A DNA stretch of 20,000 nt from positions 55,339 to 75,338 of IMG/VR virus record IMGVR_UViG_3300042691_027621, one strand, 5' to 3'. Both the position numbers and the translations under genes were made by a program. The notes beneath the pieces were generated by a model that worked only from the letters and a program-made list of their open reading frames with translations, was not told the DNA's origin and searched no databases. This stretch comes from an uncultured virus (IMG/VR IMGVR_UViG_3300042691_027621) (lineage: Duplodnaviria > Heunggongvirae > Uroviricota > Caudoviricetes). Shown piece after piece: positions 18,095-20,000 of this stretch (positions are counted from its first letter, which is position 1; each line of letters starts with the position of its first letter).

Positions 18095-18192
18095 ACTGGA
18101 TTAAAAGCATCTGGAATCGAATTACCTTGGAAATTCGCTATCGTAAAAAGCTAAAAGAACTACGCAAGCGCGATCCATTTATCTACAAATGA
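18091..18192 (+). CDS. 33-aa basic micro-protein MNWIKSIWNRITLEIRYRKKLKELRKRDPFIYK (absent from ORF track)
   Basis: Hand-translated. AAGGA SD at 18080-18084; ATGA overlaps at both ends exactly bridge the only apparent gap in the operon. Confidence 0.8.
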   Translation: MNWIKSIWNRITLEIRYRKKLKELRKRDPFIYK

Positions 18193-18833
18193 AAAAGCAG
18201 TTGTTAACAGTAGGGGATAGTTTTACCTATGGTGATGAACTTGACGATATCTATCAGGCTTGGCCTTATCAGTTGGCAGATCTACTAGATTACGAAGTGC
18301 ATAACATGGGCCTAAGCGGTGCCAGCAATGCTAGTATATTGCGTAGATCACTAGAAGAACTAGTAACCAACGAGTACGATCTAGTAATCATTGGATGGAC
18401 TAACCCGGGACGTATCGAGTGGAAAGACGACACTGGTATTCCCTATAACATGTGGCCAGGACATGCAGGGTCGTCGGCGTTCTTTGTTGAACAACCATGG
18501 CGGTTGGATCTGCTGAGCTACATTAGTCAACATCATAATTCATCATACCTGTATCAGCGATATCTAATTCAAGTTCTTTCTTTACAATCTTATTTTGAAG
18601 CACATAACATTGAGTATAGAATGATAGATACTGTACGCAACAACTACTATCGAAAAGTTGGCGCCGAAGAACATGATAAATTAGAAGCAAAAATAAACAC
18701 TAAAAAGTTTGTAGGCTGGAACAGTTTTGGAATGTCTGAGCTAACTATGGATTGTCCACGCGGTGTAGGTAGTCACCCACTGGAAAAAGGCCATAAAAAA
18801 ATAGCCAATGAAATATATCAAGGATTAAAATGA
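18189..18833 (+). CDS. SGNH/GDSL-fold acyl-esterase or acyltransferase
   Basis: TVGDSFTYG (block I), NMGLSGASN (block II), DLVIIGWT, C-terminal GSHPLEKGH. Confidence 0.8.
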   Translation: MKKQLLTVGDSFTYGDELDDIYQAWPYQLADLLDYEVHNMGLSGASNASILRRSLEELVTNEYDLVIIGWTNPGRIEWKDDTGIPYNMWPGHAGSSAFFVEQPWRLDLLSYISQHHNSSYLYQRYLIQVLSLQSYFEAHNIEYRMIDTVRNNYYRKVGAEEHDKLEAKINTKKFVGWNSFGMSELTMDCPRGVGSHPLEKGHKKIANEIYQGLK

Positions 18834-20000
18834 ATATTCTAGGGATATCCGGCGGCTTTCACGATGCTGCTGCCACAGTAATTGATAGTTCAGGCAACAT
18901 CTTGTTTGCTGGCCATGCAGAACGCTATAGTAAATGCAAGAGCGATGCTGACATTGGCTCTGCACTGTTAGACGAACTAGAGCAATACAATCCCATTGGT
19001 ACTGTAGCATACTATGAACGACCGCTAGTAAAGCAACTGCGTCAATGGTACGCAGGACAGGGCATAGAGTGGGATAAACTAACTGCTCGACAAGCTGTGA
19101 ACAAACAAACACAAGGGAGGTACGATCATGTGCCCATACAGTCTTTCAATCATCATCTTAGCCATGCTGCTGCGGGGTTTCAAACGAGCACGTTCCAAAG
19201 AGCCACAGTTGTGGTAATAGATGCTGTGGGTGAATTTGAAACAATCACAATATGGGGAGCACAATATGATCGAAGTGGTGTGGCAAAGTATAAAAGACTT
19301 TGGAGCCAGCGTTATCCACATTCAATTGGACTGTTCTACAGCGCAGCTACTGGCAGCGTTGGCCTACGCCCACTAGATGAAGAATACATCTTGATGGGCA
19401 TGGCTGCTTACGGCAGCTCAGAACATAATCTAACACTGCAAAAAAAGCTAGTCAGTGATACTGTGAATATTAAATTCCGTGAAAATCTACACACAGGCAT
19501 AGACAGTAAACACCTAGCTGACATGACAGACTATGACATTGCTGCCAGCGCACAGGCCATTGCAGAAAATTTGATCAACAATGTCATGAGCAGAGCACGT
19601 GATTTTAAGTGGTCTGACAATCTGGTATACATGGGTGGCGTTGCTCTCAATTGTTCAGCCAACAGGCATATAGGACGGTATTTTGATAACATATGGATTA
19701 TGCCTTGCCCTGGCGATGCTGGCAGTAGCCTGGGTGCTGCTGCCCTGGCTTGGGGTAAAAGAGTTAAATGGACTGATGCTTATCTCGGACACAATATCGC
19801 TGGTGACTATCCTGTTAATGATATTCTCAATCATCTGGCATCTGATCTCATTGTTGGTGTTGCTAGCGGCCGTGCTGAGTTTGGTCCTCGTGCACTAGGA
19901 AATCGTAGCTTGCTGGCCGATCCACGAGGCGAGCGTATCAAGGACCAAGTAAATGCAATCAAACGTAGACAAAAATTTAGACCTTTTGCCCCTGTTATTT
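18830..20000 (+). CDS. Carbamoyltransferase, NodU/CmcH/TobZ family, 3'-truncated (absent from ORF track)
   Basis: Hand-translated from ATG 18830: MNILGISGGFHDAAA...ERYSK...HHLSHAAAG...IDAVGE...SIGLFY...EYILMGMAAYG...GGVALNC...PGDAGSSLGAA...GRAEFGPRALGNRSLLADPR...KRRQKFRPFAPVI; open to the window end. Confidence 0.95.
   Translation, partial: MNILGISGGFHDAAATVIDSSGNILFAGHAERYSKCKSDADIGSALLDELEQYNPIGTVAYYERPLVKQLRQWYAGQGIEWDKLTARQAVNKQTQGRYDHVPIQSFNHHLSHAAAGFQTSTFQRATVVVIDAVGEFETITIWGAQYDRSGVAKYKRLWSQRYPHSIGLFYSAATGSVGLRPLDEEYILMGMAAYGSSEHNLTLQKKLVSDTVNIKFRENLHTGIDSKHLADMTDYDIAASAQAIAENLINNVMSRARDFKWSDNLVYMGGVALNCSANRHIGRYFDNIWIMPCPGDAGSSLGAAALAWGKRVKWTDAYLGHNIAGDYPVNDILNHLASDLIVGVASGRAEFGPRALGNRSLLADPRGERIKDQVNAIKRRQKFRPFAPVI

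Noticed and set aside
18091..18114. MNWIKSI resembles the darobactin core WNWSKSF, suggesting a RiPP precursor for the rSAMs
   Set aside because: It is at the extreme N-terminus with no leader, lacks the first Trp and last Phe, and fits an amphipathic helix. The rSAMs show no C-terminal SPASM and no recognisable RRE.
73..19898. Many minus-strand and alternate-frame ORFs in the track (e.g. 512-931, 5468-5902, 16456-16821, 18825-19112, 19683-19898)
   Set aside because: They lie within well-supported + strand genes and have no motifs; shadow ORFs.
1..20000. Stop-codon reassignment: none of the 20 complete gene ends uses TAG
   Set aside because: All genes are intact under code 11 with no in-frame TAG or TGA, and TGA is clearly a stop in ATGA overlaps. 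TAG rarity alone is not evidence.
1..20000. tRNA, rRNA, introns, inteins or mobile elements
   Set aside because: Almost no non-coding space, and no splicing, homing-endonuclease or transposase motifs recognised.

Overview
The window is densely coded, entirely on the + strand, and reads as part of a large tailed-phage genome (probably myovirus-like; this is inference). It has two modules. (1) 1-5311: virion structural genes (large Ig-like-repeat protein, small baseplate/collar-like proteins, a fibre with GN[VI]TGGN repeats and a C-terminal autocleaving-chaperone-like domain, a Ser/Thr-rich protein), with a T4-type late promoter TATAAATA and a strong GCAA-tetraloop terminator at the end. (2) 5367 to >20000: a gap-free, translationally coupled run of at least 16 genes behind a sigma70-like, apparently leaderless promoter. 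It encodes four glycosyltransferase-like proteins (two GT8-like, one other GT-A, one GT10-like), five paralogous radical SAM enzymes with an N-terminal twitch-type Cys domain, two SGNH-fold proteins, a 33-aa micro-protein and a NodU/CmcH/TobZ-family carbamoyltransferase. The best candidate for an undescribed system is this operon, which looks like a phage-encoded glycan building and tailoring pathway; its target (virion, host surface, DNA or small molecule) cannot be determined from sequence. Three real-looking CDSs are missing from the supplied ORF track (1814-1963, 18091-18192, 18830->20000). All family calls come from motif recognition by eye; no searches were run.
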